A stretch of 63,043 bases of DNA, the filler included. It is 5 parts of 5 records of this genome, joined end to end, with 100 filler letters (N's around TTAATTAATTAA, not from the genome) between each part and the next. Parts side by side here need not be neighbours in the genome. Positions count along the whole stretch, not along the records: positions 53,212 to 63,043 come from DRR378314_2481; 4 more parts are not named here. The stretch is one strand, 5' to 3'. Positions 55,160 to 63,043 of the stretch are shown in pieces; within the stretch, counting starts at the first letter, position 1; each line of letters starts with the position of its first letter. A program made the position numbers and the translations under genes. The notes below the pieces were generated by a model, which saw nothing but the letters and a program-made list of their open reading frames with translations, was not told the DNA's origin and ran no database searches.

Positions 55160-56863
55160 TTATTTTTGATCCTCAAGCCCAAGCTCTTGGATAGAAATTT
55201 CGCGCATTTTAAATTTCTGAATTTTACCGGTTACCGTCATCGGGAACTCATCAACAAATTTAAAGTAGCGGGGAATCTTAAAGTGAGTGATTTTGCCTTT
55301 GCAGTACTCGCGCAGGTCTTCTCCAGTGACTTCTCCTGCGCTGCTGTTGAGCTTCACCCAAGCAATTAATTCTTCGCCATACTTCTTATCCGGAACACCG
55401 GTGACCTGTACTTCTGAAATCGCAGGGTGGGCGTATAAAAACTCTTCGATCTCTTTCGGGTATACATTCTCACCGCCGCGAATCACCATGTCTTTAATGC
55501 GGCCAACGATCTGGATGTAGCCTTCCTCATCCATCGTGGCAAGATCGCCCGTATGCATCCAACCGGCTTCATCAATGGCTTCAGCCGTGGCTTTGTCATT
55601 GTTCCAGTACTTGAGCATCACACTGTAGCCACGGGTGCATAGCTCACCAATTTCACCACGGGGCAGAATGCCGCCGTTGCCAGGATCGACGATCTTGCTT
55701 TCCAGGTGGGGTTGGGTGCGGCCAACGGTAGAAACGCGCTTATCAATGGTGTCGTTAGCGCCGGTTTGGGTGGAAACCGGGCTGGTTTCTGTCATGCCGT
55801 AGGCGATCTGTACGCCTTTCATGTTCATCTTTTCGATGACCTGCTTCATGATTTCTGCAGGACAAATAGAACCCGCCATAATGCCGGTACGCAGCGTGGA
55901 AAAATCAGTAGTGGCAAAGTCGGGGTGCTCTAGTTCGGCGATGAACATAGTGGGTACGCCGTAAAGCGCGGTGGCTTTTTGCTCGTGTACCGCTTTTAGC
56001 ACTTTGCCGGGCTCGAACCCTTCATCCGGATAAATCATCGCCGCGCCATGGGTCATGCAGCCCAGGTTACCCATCACCATGCCGAAGCAGTGGTAGAGCG
56101 GTACGGGGATGACCAGGCGGTCTTCGCTGGTAAAGCCCATGCTTTCGGCAACAAAGAAGCCGTTGTTGAGGATGTTATGGTGAGAGAGCGTCGCGCCTTT
56201 CGGAAAGCCCGTGGTACCCGAGGTGTACTGAATATTGATCGGGTCATCAAACTGTAGCGTAGCCTGCAAGTCATCAACATCCGTCTGGCTGATCTTGCTG
56301 GCTTCGTTAATGAAGTCTGCCCAGCGCCACATGCCACTCTGTTTGTCAGAGCCCAGATTAATGATGCACTCAAGATCAGGTAGCTTGTGCGATTTTAGCT
56401 GGCCTTCTGTGCTGCTATTTAGTTCAGGCGCGAGCTCAAACAGCATGGCGGTGTAATCAGAGCTTTTGAATTGATCGGCAGTGACTAAAAAGCGCGCACC
56501 GGATTGATTCAGCGCGTAGTCCAGCTCATGAGTACGATAAGAGGGGTTAATGTTGACTAAAATCGCGCCAATCTTGGCGGTGGCAAATTGGGTTAGGGTC
56601 CATTCGCAGCAGTTAGGTGCCCAGATGGCAACTCGGTCGCCTTTTTTAACCCCAATGGCCAGCAACGCTCGGGCGCAACGGTTAACTTCTTCCTGAAGCT
56701 GGCGGTAGCTCCAGTGAATGTTCTGATGAAGGGCGATTAGCGCGTCGTTGTCGGGATACTGTGCGGCGATTTGATCAAATTTATCGCCAATGGTCATGCC
56801 CAGCAGCGGCTTATCTGCGGTGCTGCTGGTGTAGCTAGGTAGGGTGTGTGCAGGTGATGCCAT
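55160..56863 (-). CDS. AMP-binding acyl-CoA synthetase (ACSF2/YngI-like)
   Basis: Motifs [44 protein letters not shown] and TGKIQK. The GGAGAG RBS favours the ATG at 56863 over the longer ORF-track start. Confidence 0.93.
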   Translation of the reverse strand: MASPAHTLPSYTSSTADKPLLGMTIGDKFDQIAAQYPDNDALIALHQNIHWSYRQLQEEVNRCARALLAIGVKKGDRVAIWAPNCCEWTLTQFATAKIGAILVNINPSYRTHELDYALNQSGARFLVTADQFKSSDYTAMLFELAPELNSSTEGQLKSHKLPDLECIINLGSDKQSGMWRWADFINEASKISQTDVDDLQATLQFDDPINIQYTSGTTGFPKGATLSHHNILNNGFFVAESMGFTSEDRLVIPVPLYHCFGMVMGNLGCMTHGAAMIYPDEGFEPGKVLKAVHEQKATALYGVPTMFIAELEHPDFATTDFSTLRTGIMAGSICPAEIMKQVIEKMNMKGVQIAYGMTETSPVSTQTGANDTIDKRVSTVGRTQPHLESKIVDPGNGGILPRGEIGELCTRGYSVMLKYWNNDKATAEAIDEAGWMHTGDLATMDEEGYIQIVGRIKDMVIRGGENVYPKEIEEFLYAHPAISEVQVTGVPDKKYGEELIAWVKLNSSAGEVTGEDLREYCKGKITHFKIPRYFKFVDEFPMTVTGKIQKFKMREISIQELGLEDQK

Positions 56864-56929
56864 GGATGTCTCTCCGAACTGTTTTTTTTGTCTCAACGGG
56901 AAGAAAGCAGTTGGCTTCTATAGTTATTA

Positions 56930-57835
56930 TTAGCTAACCGTGCTTTTGGCCAACGCGACTTTAGAACTGGGCTTGCGACCCAACTGCTGAGTGATCCAGA
57001 CGCCCGTATCAATCACTGCCTGGAGGTCGATGCCCGTGTTAATGCCCAGCCCCTCCAACAGGTAAAGTACGTCTTCCGTGGCCACATTGCCGGATGCACC
57101 TTTGGCATAAGGGCAGCCACCAAGCCCTGCAGTCGCTGCGTCAATCACGCTCACGCCTTCTTCCATTACGGCATATAAGTTAGCTAGCGCCATGCCATAG
57201 GTGTCATGGAAATGGGCCGCTAAATACTCGATGGGCACCTGCTGGCGGGCAGCCTCAATCATCCGCTTAGCGGCTAGCGGCGTGCCGACACCGATGGTGT
57301 CACCCAGAGAAATTTCATAGCAGCCCATCTCATAAAGTGCGCTGGCTACCTCGGCAACTTTTTGCGGTGAAATAGCCCCTTCATAGGGGCAGCCCAGCAC
57401 GCAGGACACATAGCCACGCACCCGCACACCTGCTTCGTTGGCTCGCGCAAGCACGGGCTCAAAGCGCGTCAGCGACTCAGCAATCGAGCAGTTGATGTTT
57501 TTCTGGGAAAACGCCTCAGAAGCGGCGCCAAATACCGCGACTTCCTCAACGCCGGCTGCCAGTGCGCCTTCCAGGCCTTTCAGGTTAGGCGTTAACGCCG
57601 AATAAACCACGCCGGGCTTGCGGGAAATGCCGTGCATTACCTCGCTGGCATCACCCATTTGTGGTACCCATTTTGGCGAGACAAAGCTGGCGGCCTCAAT
57701 ATGGGTGAGGCCAGCGTTTGCCAGCCGTTCGATCAGTTCGATTTTGGTGGCGGTGGGCACCAGGGTGCCCGGTTCGTTTTGCAGGCCATCGCGGGGGGCC
57801 ATTTCAAACAGTTTAATAGACGTCGGCAGTGCCAT
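56930..57835 (-). CDS. liuE: Hydroxymethylglutaryl-CoA lyase
   Basis: Motifs [34 protein letters not shown] and [19 protein letters not shown]. Confidence 0.95.
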   Translation of the reverse strand: MALPTSIKLFEMAPRDGLQNEPGTLVPTATKIELIERLANAGLTHIEAASFVSPKWVPQMGDASEVMHGISRKPGVVYSALTPNLKGLEGALAAGVEEVAVFGAASEAFSQKNINCSIAESLTRFEPVLARANEAGVRVRGYVSCVLGCPYEGAISPQKVAEVASALYEMGCYEISLGDTIGVGTPLAAKRMIEAARQQVPIEYLAAHFHDTYGMALANLYAVMEEGVSVIDAATAGLGGCPYAKGASGNVATEDVLYLLEGLGINTGIDLQAVIDTGVWITQQLGRKPSSKVALAKSTVS

Positions 57836-57845
57836 CGGTTAGCTC

Positions 57846-59885
57846 CTATTCGTTGGGGGCAAAGTCGAGTAGCACGTCACCTTGACTCACGGTATCGCCC
57901 GACTGGAAATGGAACGTCTCCACGCTACCATCGGCAGGCGCGGTCATGGTGTGCTCCATTTTCATCGCTTCCATGACCATCAACGGCATGCCTTTCTCGA
58001 CCGCCGCGCCAGGCTCTACCAGCAGCGCGACAACGGTGCCATTCATGGGGGCGGTGAGCGTTGATTCGGCTTCATGGTGACCGTGGTCAATGGCATCAAT
58101 ACGTCGCCAGAAGAGGCGTGTTTCGCCACTAGGTTCAGCCATCACCACGATATGGCCATCGCGGCGTGCCTGTAGACGACGGCGGTGGCCGTTTAGCGTG
58201 ACGGCGACCGCATCACCTGTCAGCGATTGTAGGCTAGCGGTCAACGTTTGATCACCGATGGTCAGATTCCACAGCGATTCGCCGCTTTCGCGCTTACCTT
58301 CGACAATCACCACCGCTGCGTCGCTGTCGGCTGCCTGGGCACTTGCCGGGTCACACAGCGCAATACGAATGGTATGGGGGGCATTCAAGCGGAAACCGTC
58401 GTGGCGATCCCACGGAGAGTCGCTCTCGCACTCTTTGGCCAGTTGGTTCAGGCCGATCAGCGCGGCGCTGGCATACGCCTCGGTAGAGTAGCTGCGCGGA
58501 GCAAACAGGGTGGCTTCGTTGCGTTCGATAAAACGCGTGTCGAGCTCGACGTTTTTAAAGCCTGGGTGATTTGCCAAACGTTGCAGGAAAGCGCGGTTCG
58601 TCACCACACCCTGGACATCTAGCGCCGCCAAAGCGCGGTTGAGAGTGGCTAGCGCCGCATCCCGGTCAGCGCCGTGAACAATCAGTTTGGCCAGCATGGG
58701 GTCGTAGTGCATGGAAACCACATCGCCGCTTTCTACGCCGCTGTCTAAGCGCACCCGGTCGCTATCTAAGGCGGCACCTTCTAAATCCAGTGCGAAGCGA
58801 GTTAATAAACCGGTAGCCGGTAGGAAATCTTGCTCTGGGTCTTCTGCATACAGGCGCGCTTCAAAACTATGGCCGGTGATGGTGAGCTCGTCTTGTGTGC
58901 AGGGGAGTGGTTCGCCCATCGCAACGCGCAGCTGCCATTCGACCAAATCCTGGCCGGTAATCATTTCAGTAACGGGATGCTCAACCTGCAGGCGCGTATT
59001 CATTTCCATAAAGTAGAACGAGCCGTCGGCATCGAGCAGAAACTCCACAGTACCTGCGCCCACATAGCCAATTTCTTTTGCCGCGCGAACGGCAGCATCA
59101 CCCATCGCGCAGCGCAGTTCTGGCGTCATGCCAGGGGCCGGTGCTTCTTCTATGACTTTCTGATGGCGGCGCTGAACGCTGCAATCCCGCTCGAATAGGT
59201 ACACGCCGTTGCCGTAGCGGTCGCAGAATACCTGTACTTCGACGTGGCGGGGCTGCACCAGGTACTTCTCAATCAGCATGCGGTCGTCGCCGAAAGCGGC
59301 GCTGGATTCGCGCCGACAGCCATCAAGCGCTGCTTTAAAGCCTTCGCCGCTTTCAACCACGCGCATGCCTTTACCACCACCACCGGCGCTGGCTTTCAAC
59401 ATCACTGGATAACCGATTTTGTCGGCTTCGCTGCGCAGCAGCGCATCATCCTGATCGTCACCATGATAGCCAGGCACCAGTGGTACGCCCGCATTGGCCA
59501 TACGCGCTTTCGCGGCAGATTTATCGCCCATCGCGGCAATTGCCGACGCAGGGGGGCCAACAAAGATGATGCCCGCTTGCTCAAGGGCTTTAACAAACCC
59601 TCCGTTTTCCGAAAGAAAGCCGTAGCCGGGGTGAATGGCGCCAGTGCCGGTGCGTTTGGCGGCATCGATAACCGCATCAACATTAAGGTAGCTTTCGCGG
59701 GCGGCGGCAGGGCCTAAGCGAATGGCTTCATCGGCCTCGCGTACATGGCGAGCCGTGGCATCGGCATCTGAATAAACGGCAACCGTTTTCAGCCCCATGC
59801 GGCGGGCGGTGCGCATTACGCGGCAGGCAATTTCACCGCGGTTGGCCACTAGCAACGTGTCGAATTTAGTAAGGTCAAGCGTCAT
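57846..59885 (-). CDS. liuD: 3-methylcrotonyl-CoA carboxylase alpha subunit (biotin carboxylase plus biotin carrier)
   Basis: Motifs ANRGEIA, HPGYGFLSEN, GGGGKGMR, RDCSVQRRHQK, EMNTRLQVEHP and the biotinyl motif EAMKME; operon context agrees. Confidence 0.93.
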   Translation of the reverse strand: MTLDLTKFDTLLVANRGEIACRVMRTARRMGLKTVAVYSDADATARHVREADEAIRLGPAAARESYLNVDAVIDAAKRTGTGAIHPGYGFLSENGGFVKALEQAGIIFVGPPASAIAAMGDKSAAKARMANAGVPLVPGYHGDDQDDALLRSEADKIGYPVMLKASAGGGGKGMRVVESGEGFKAALDGCRRESSAAFGDDRMLIEKYLVQPRHVEVQVFCDRYGNGVYLFERDCSVQRRHQKVIEEAPAPGMTPELRCAMGDAAVRAAKEIGYVGAGTVEFLLDADGSFYFMEMNTRLQVEHPVTEMITGQDLVEWQLRVAMGEPLPCTQDELTITGHSFEARLYAEDPEQDFLPATGLLTRFALDLEGAALDSDRVRLDSGVESGDVVSMHYDPMLAKLIVHGADRDAALATLNRALAALDVQGVVTNRAFLQRLANHPGFKNVELDTRFIERNEATLFAPRSYSTEAYASAALIGLNQLAKECESDSPWDRHDGFRLNAPHTIRIALCDPASAQAADSDAAVVIVEGKRESGESLWNLTIGDQTLTASLQSLTGDAVAVTLNGHRRRLQARRDGHIVVMAEPSGETRLFWRRIDAIDHGHHEAESTLTAPMNGTVVALLVEPGAAVEKGMPLMVMEAMKMEHTMTAPADGSVETFHFQSGDTVSQGDVLLDFAPNE

Positions 59886-60715
59886 GAGCGTGGCTCCGCA
59901 GCAGTGTTGGGTTCTTGAAGGCCTGACGGTTGCGTCCAGGCAGGGCGGCGCTTTTCAAAAAAGCTAGCTAAGCCCTCTTGACCCTCTTGGCTCACTCGCA
60001 GTTTGGAGATCACCTGGCAGGTGTGTTCTCGGGTGGCGTCGCTGTCGGGTGCCTGAGCCACGCTTGCCAGCAGTGCTTTGGTTACTCGTTGGGCTTGGGG
60101 AGAGCCACTCAGCAGGGTGTCGAGCATGGCGTCTACGGCGCTATCCAAGGCATCGTGTTCCACCACTTGGTGAACCAAGCCGAGCGCCATCGCCGTTGGC
60201 GCATCCATCACTTCAGCAGTGAGTGCGTAACGGCGCATTTGGCGTTCGCCAAGCGCGCGCTGAACATAGGGACTAATCACCGCGGGCGATAGGCCAATTT
60301 TTACTTCCGACAGGCAGAATTTAGCTTTATCTGAAGCGACGACCAGATCGCAACAGGCGGCTAGACCCACCGCGCCACCAAAGGCCGCCCCCTGAACTCG
60401 GCAAACGGTAGGGCAAGGCAGGGTGTCTAACCCGAACATAAGCGCTGACAGTTTGCGTGAGTCCGCTAGGTTGTCTTCCAAGCCGTAATCGACCATGCGC
60501 TTCATCCAGTTGAGATCAGCGCCCGCAGAAAAACTTTTACCTTCAGAGACAAGCACCACCACCCGAACGTCACCGGCGTTGGCCAGCGCGTGTAATTCGT
60601 CTAGATGGGCGTTTAGTTCAGCGATCAGGCTGTCGTCAAAGGCGTTATGCACCTCTGGGCGGTTTAACGTCAGGCGCGCCACGCCTTCTTCGATCAGTAG
60701 CGTTGAGTAAGCCAT
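59882..60715 (-). CDS. liuC: Methylglutaconyl-CoA hydratase (crotonase family)
   Basis: Motifs LNRPEVHNAF, FSAGADL, GAAFGGAVGL and FCLSEVKIGL; lies between the two MCC subunits with an ATGA overlap. Confidence 0.9.
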   Translation of the reverse strand: MAYSTLLIEEGVARLTLNRPEVHNAFDDSLIAELNAHLDELHALANAGDVRVVVLVSEGKSFSAGADLNWMKRMVDYGLEDNLADSRKLSALMFGLDTLPCPTVCRVQGAAFGGAVGLAACCDLVVASDKAKFCLSEVKIGLSPAVISPYVQRALGERQMRRYALTAEVMDAPTAMALGLVHQVVEHDALDSAVDAMLDTLLSGSPQAQRVTKALLASVAQAPDSDATREHTCQVISKLRVSQEGQEGLASFFEKRRPAWTQPSGLQEPNTAAEPRS

Positions 60716-60726
60716 AGTGTTCGCCC

Positions 60727-62334
60727 TTACATCCGGAACACGCCGAAGCGTGTCTCTTCGACGTCAGCATTCATTGCAGCGGCTAGTGAAAGCCCTAATA
60801 CGTCGCGGGTTTGAAGTGGATCAATGACGCCGTCATCCCATAGGCGGGCGCTAGCATAATAGGGGTGACCCTGGTGCTCATACTGGTCGCGAGTGGGCTG
60901 TTTAAAGGCCTCTTCTTCCTCTTTGGTCCACTCGCGGCCATCGCGCTCATACTGCTCACGTTTCACCTGCGAGAGCACGCCTGCCGCCTGCTCACCGCCC
61001 ATTACCGAAATACGCGCATTGGGCCACATGAACAGCAGGTTGGGGTCATAGGCGCGACCACACATTCCGTAGTTACCTGCGCCAAAACTGCCGCCAATCA
61101 AAACGGTGAACTTGGGTACTTTGGCGCATGCGACGGCAGTCACTAGCTTCGCACCGTGCTTAGCGATGCCTTCATGCTCGTACTTAGAGCCGACCATGAA
61201 GCCGGTAATGTTTTGCAGGAACACCAGCGGAATCTTGCGCTGAGCGCAAAGCTCGATAAAGTGCGCACCTTTTACCGCGCTCTCTGAAAACAGCACGCCG
61301 TTGTTGGCCACGATGCCAACCGGATAGCCGTGGATATGCGCAAAGCCGGTTACCAAGGTGTCGCCGTAGTAGCGCTTGAATTCGTCAAAGTCAGAGCCAT
61401 CGACAATACGACCAATCACTTCGCGAACGTCGTAAGGCTTTTTAAGGTCGGTGCCAACAATGCCGTAAAGTTCGCTGGGGTCGAGTTTGGGAGGTTGGGG
61501 CGCTTGCATGGCTAATTTGCCGCGCTTTTGCCAATTTAAACGGGACACACAAGCGCGCGCCAACTGCAGGGCGTGGGCATCATTTTCAGCGTAATGATCG
61601 GCTACGCCGCTGATTTTGGCGTGCACATCGGCACCGCCCAGGTCTTCTGCACTAATGTTTTCGCCCGTGGCCGCCTTCACTAACGGTGGGCCGCCCAGGA
61701 AAATCGTGCCCTGTTCTTTAACGATGATTGATTCATCTGCCATGGCGGGTACATAAGCACCGCCAGCCGTGCAGGAGCCCATGACCACCGCTATTTGCGG
61801 GATGCCCTCTGCCGACATCGTGGCTTGGTTATAGAAGATGCGTCCGAAGTGATCGCGATCGGGGAACACTTCATCCTGGCGGGGTAAGAATGCGCCGCCG
61901 GAATCGACTAAATAGATGCACGGTAAACGGTGCTTGCGGGCTATTTCTTGGGCGCGCAGGTGCTTTTTCACCGTTAGCGGGAAATAAGTGCCACCTTTTA
62001 CTGTGGCATCGTTGGCCACAATCACGCACTCAACGCCAGATACCCGGCCAATGCCCGTTACCACGCCTGCCGCAGGCACGTCGCTATCGTAAACGTGATG
62101 GGCTGCCAGGGCGGAAAACTCTAAAAATGGCGAGCCTTCGTCAATTAAGTGATCAATACGGTCACGCACAAATAGCTTGCCGCGGCTCTCGTGGCGTTCA
62201 CGTGCCTTGGGGCCGCCGCCTTGGGCGACGGCAGCGGTCAATTCACGTAGCTTGGAAACTTCCCCCAGCATGGATGCTGCGTTGCTTTGAAAGACATCGC
62301 TGCGGGGATTGATCTGTGTAGAGAGTGTGCTCAT
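60727..62334 (-). CDS. liuB: 3-methylcrotonyl-CoA carboxylase beta subunit (carboxyltransferase)
   Basis: Motifs [36 protein letters not shown] and the C-terminal FGVFRM. The start is placed at MSTL, after the liuA stop. Confidence 0.94.
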   Translation of the reverse strand: MSTLSTQINPRSDVFQSNAASMLGEVSKLRELTAAVAQGGGPKARERHESRGKLFVRDRIDHLIDEGSPFLEFSALAAHHVYDSDVPAAGVVTGIGRVSGVECVIVANDATVKGGTYFPLTVKKHLRAQEIARKHRLPCIYLVDSGGAFLPRQDEVFPDRDHFGRIFYNQATMSAEGIPQIAVVMGSCTAGGAYVPAMADESIIVKEQGTIFLGGPPLVKAATGENISAEDLGGADVHAKISGVADHYAENDAHALQLARACVSRLNWQKRGKLAMQAPQPPKLDPSELYGIVGTDLKKPYDVREVIGRIVDGSDFDEFKRYYGDTLVTGFAHIHGYPVGIVANNGVLFSESAVKGAHFIELCAQRKIPLVFLQNITGFMVGSKYEHEGIAKHGAKLVTAVACAKVPKFTVLIGGSFGAGNYGMCGRAYDPNLLFMWPNARISVMGGEQAAGVLSQVKREQYERDGREWTKEEEEAFKQPTRDQYEHQGHPYYASARLWDDGVIDPLQTRDVLGLSLAAAMNADVEETRFGVFRM

Positions 62335-62344
62335 GGCGCGGCCC

Positions 62345-63043
62345 TTACTTTGTTTCGGTGAAGAGTTCGCGGCCAATCAGCATCCGGCGAATTTCGCTGG
62401 TGCCCGCGCCAATTTCATACAGTTTGGCATCGCGCAGAAGGCGACCGGTGGGGTACTCGTTGATATAGCCGTTGCCGCCGAGCAGCTGAATGGCATCTAG
62501 GGCAACTTGGGTGGCTTTCTCTGCGCAGTAAAGAATCACGCCCGCTGCGTCTTTGCGCGAGGTCTGGCCGCGGTCGCAGGCTCCGGCAACGGCGTATAAG
62601 TAAGCGCGACAAGCGTTCAGCGTGGTGTACATATCCGCGACTTTGCCTTGCACTAACTGGAACTCGCCAATGGACTGGTTGAACTGCTTGCGCTCGTGGA
62701 TATAGGGCATCACCACATCCATAGCGGCCTGCATAATGCCAATAGGACCAGCAGCCAGTACGGTGCGCTCATAATCCAAACCGCTCATGAGAACGCGAAC
62801 CCCTTTACCGACCTCGCCCAGTACGTTTTCAACCGGTACTTTGCAGTCTTGGAAAACCAGTTCGCAGGTGTTAGAGCCGCGCATACCTAGCTTGTCGAGC
62901 TTCTGTGCCGTAGTGAAGCCAGGCATGCCTTTTTCAATAATGAACGCTGTAATGCCTTTAGAGCCTGCTTCCGGGTCGGTCTTGGCGTACACCACTAATA
63001 CGTCGGCGTCAGGGCCGTTGGTGATCCACATCTTGTTGCCGTT
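62345..63043 (-). CDS. liuA: Isovaleryl-CoA dehydrogenase, 5'-truncated by the window end
   Basis: Motifs [40 protein letters not shown] and [13 protein letters not shown]. Confidence 0.94.
   Translation of the reverse strand, partial: NGNKMWITNGPDADVLVVYAKTDPEAGSKGITAFIIEKGMPGFTTAQKLDKLGMRGSNTCELVFQDCKVPVENVLGEVGKGVRVLMSGLDYERTVLAAGPIGIMQAAMDVVMPYIHERKQFNQSIGEFQLVQGKVADMYTTLNACRAYLYAVAGACDRGQTSRKDAAGVILYCAEKATQVALDAIQLLGGNGYINEYPTGRLLRDAKLYEIGAGTSEIRRMLIGRELFTETK

Overview
This window is not one locus. It is five contigs joined by artificial 100-nt spacers (44 N + TTAATTAATTAA + 44 N) at 17355-17454, 25637-25736, 35208-35307 and 53112-53211. Contigs 1 (1-17354), 3 (25737-35207) and 4 (35308-53111) come from an intron-rich, GC-rich microbial eukaryote, probably flagellated. 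They carry spliced genes for NAT9, FKBP15, an axonemal dynein light-chain-domain protein, PRMT1 (8 exons, one of 11 nt), an HD-domain phosphohydrolase, WDR4/Trm82, a large orphan ORF and a membrane-anchored pepsin-like protein whose motifs are in reversed order. Contigs 2 (17455-25636) and 5 (53212-63043) are gammaproteobacterial and resemble Halomonas (inferred). Contig 2 is a type I-F CRISPR-Cas locus: partial cas1, cas2-3, csy1-4, a leader with two IHF sites, and the first repeat, where the contig breaks. A small antisense HicB-like gene sits between cas2-3 and csy1. Contig 5 holds the leucine/isovalerate catabolic liu operon, an acyl-CoA synthetase, a SAM methyltransferase, an outer-membrane beta-barrel and the end of a KefB/KefC gene. 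The best leads are the orphan HicB-like gene inside the cas operon and the apparently circularly permuted aspartic protease. All family calls come from recognising motifs by eye; no database search was run.
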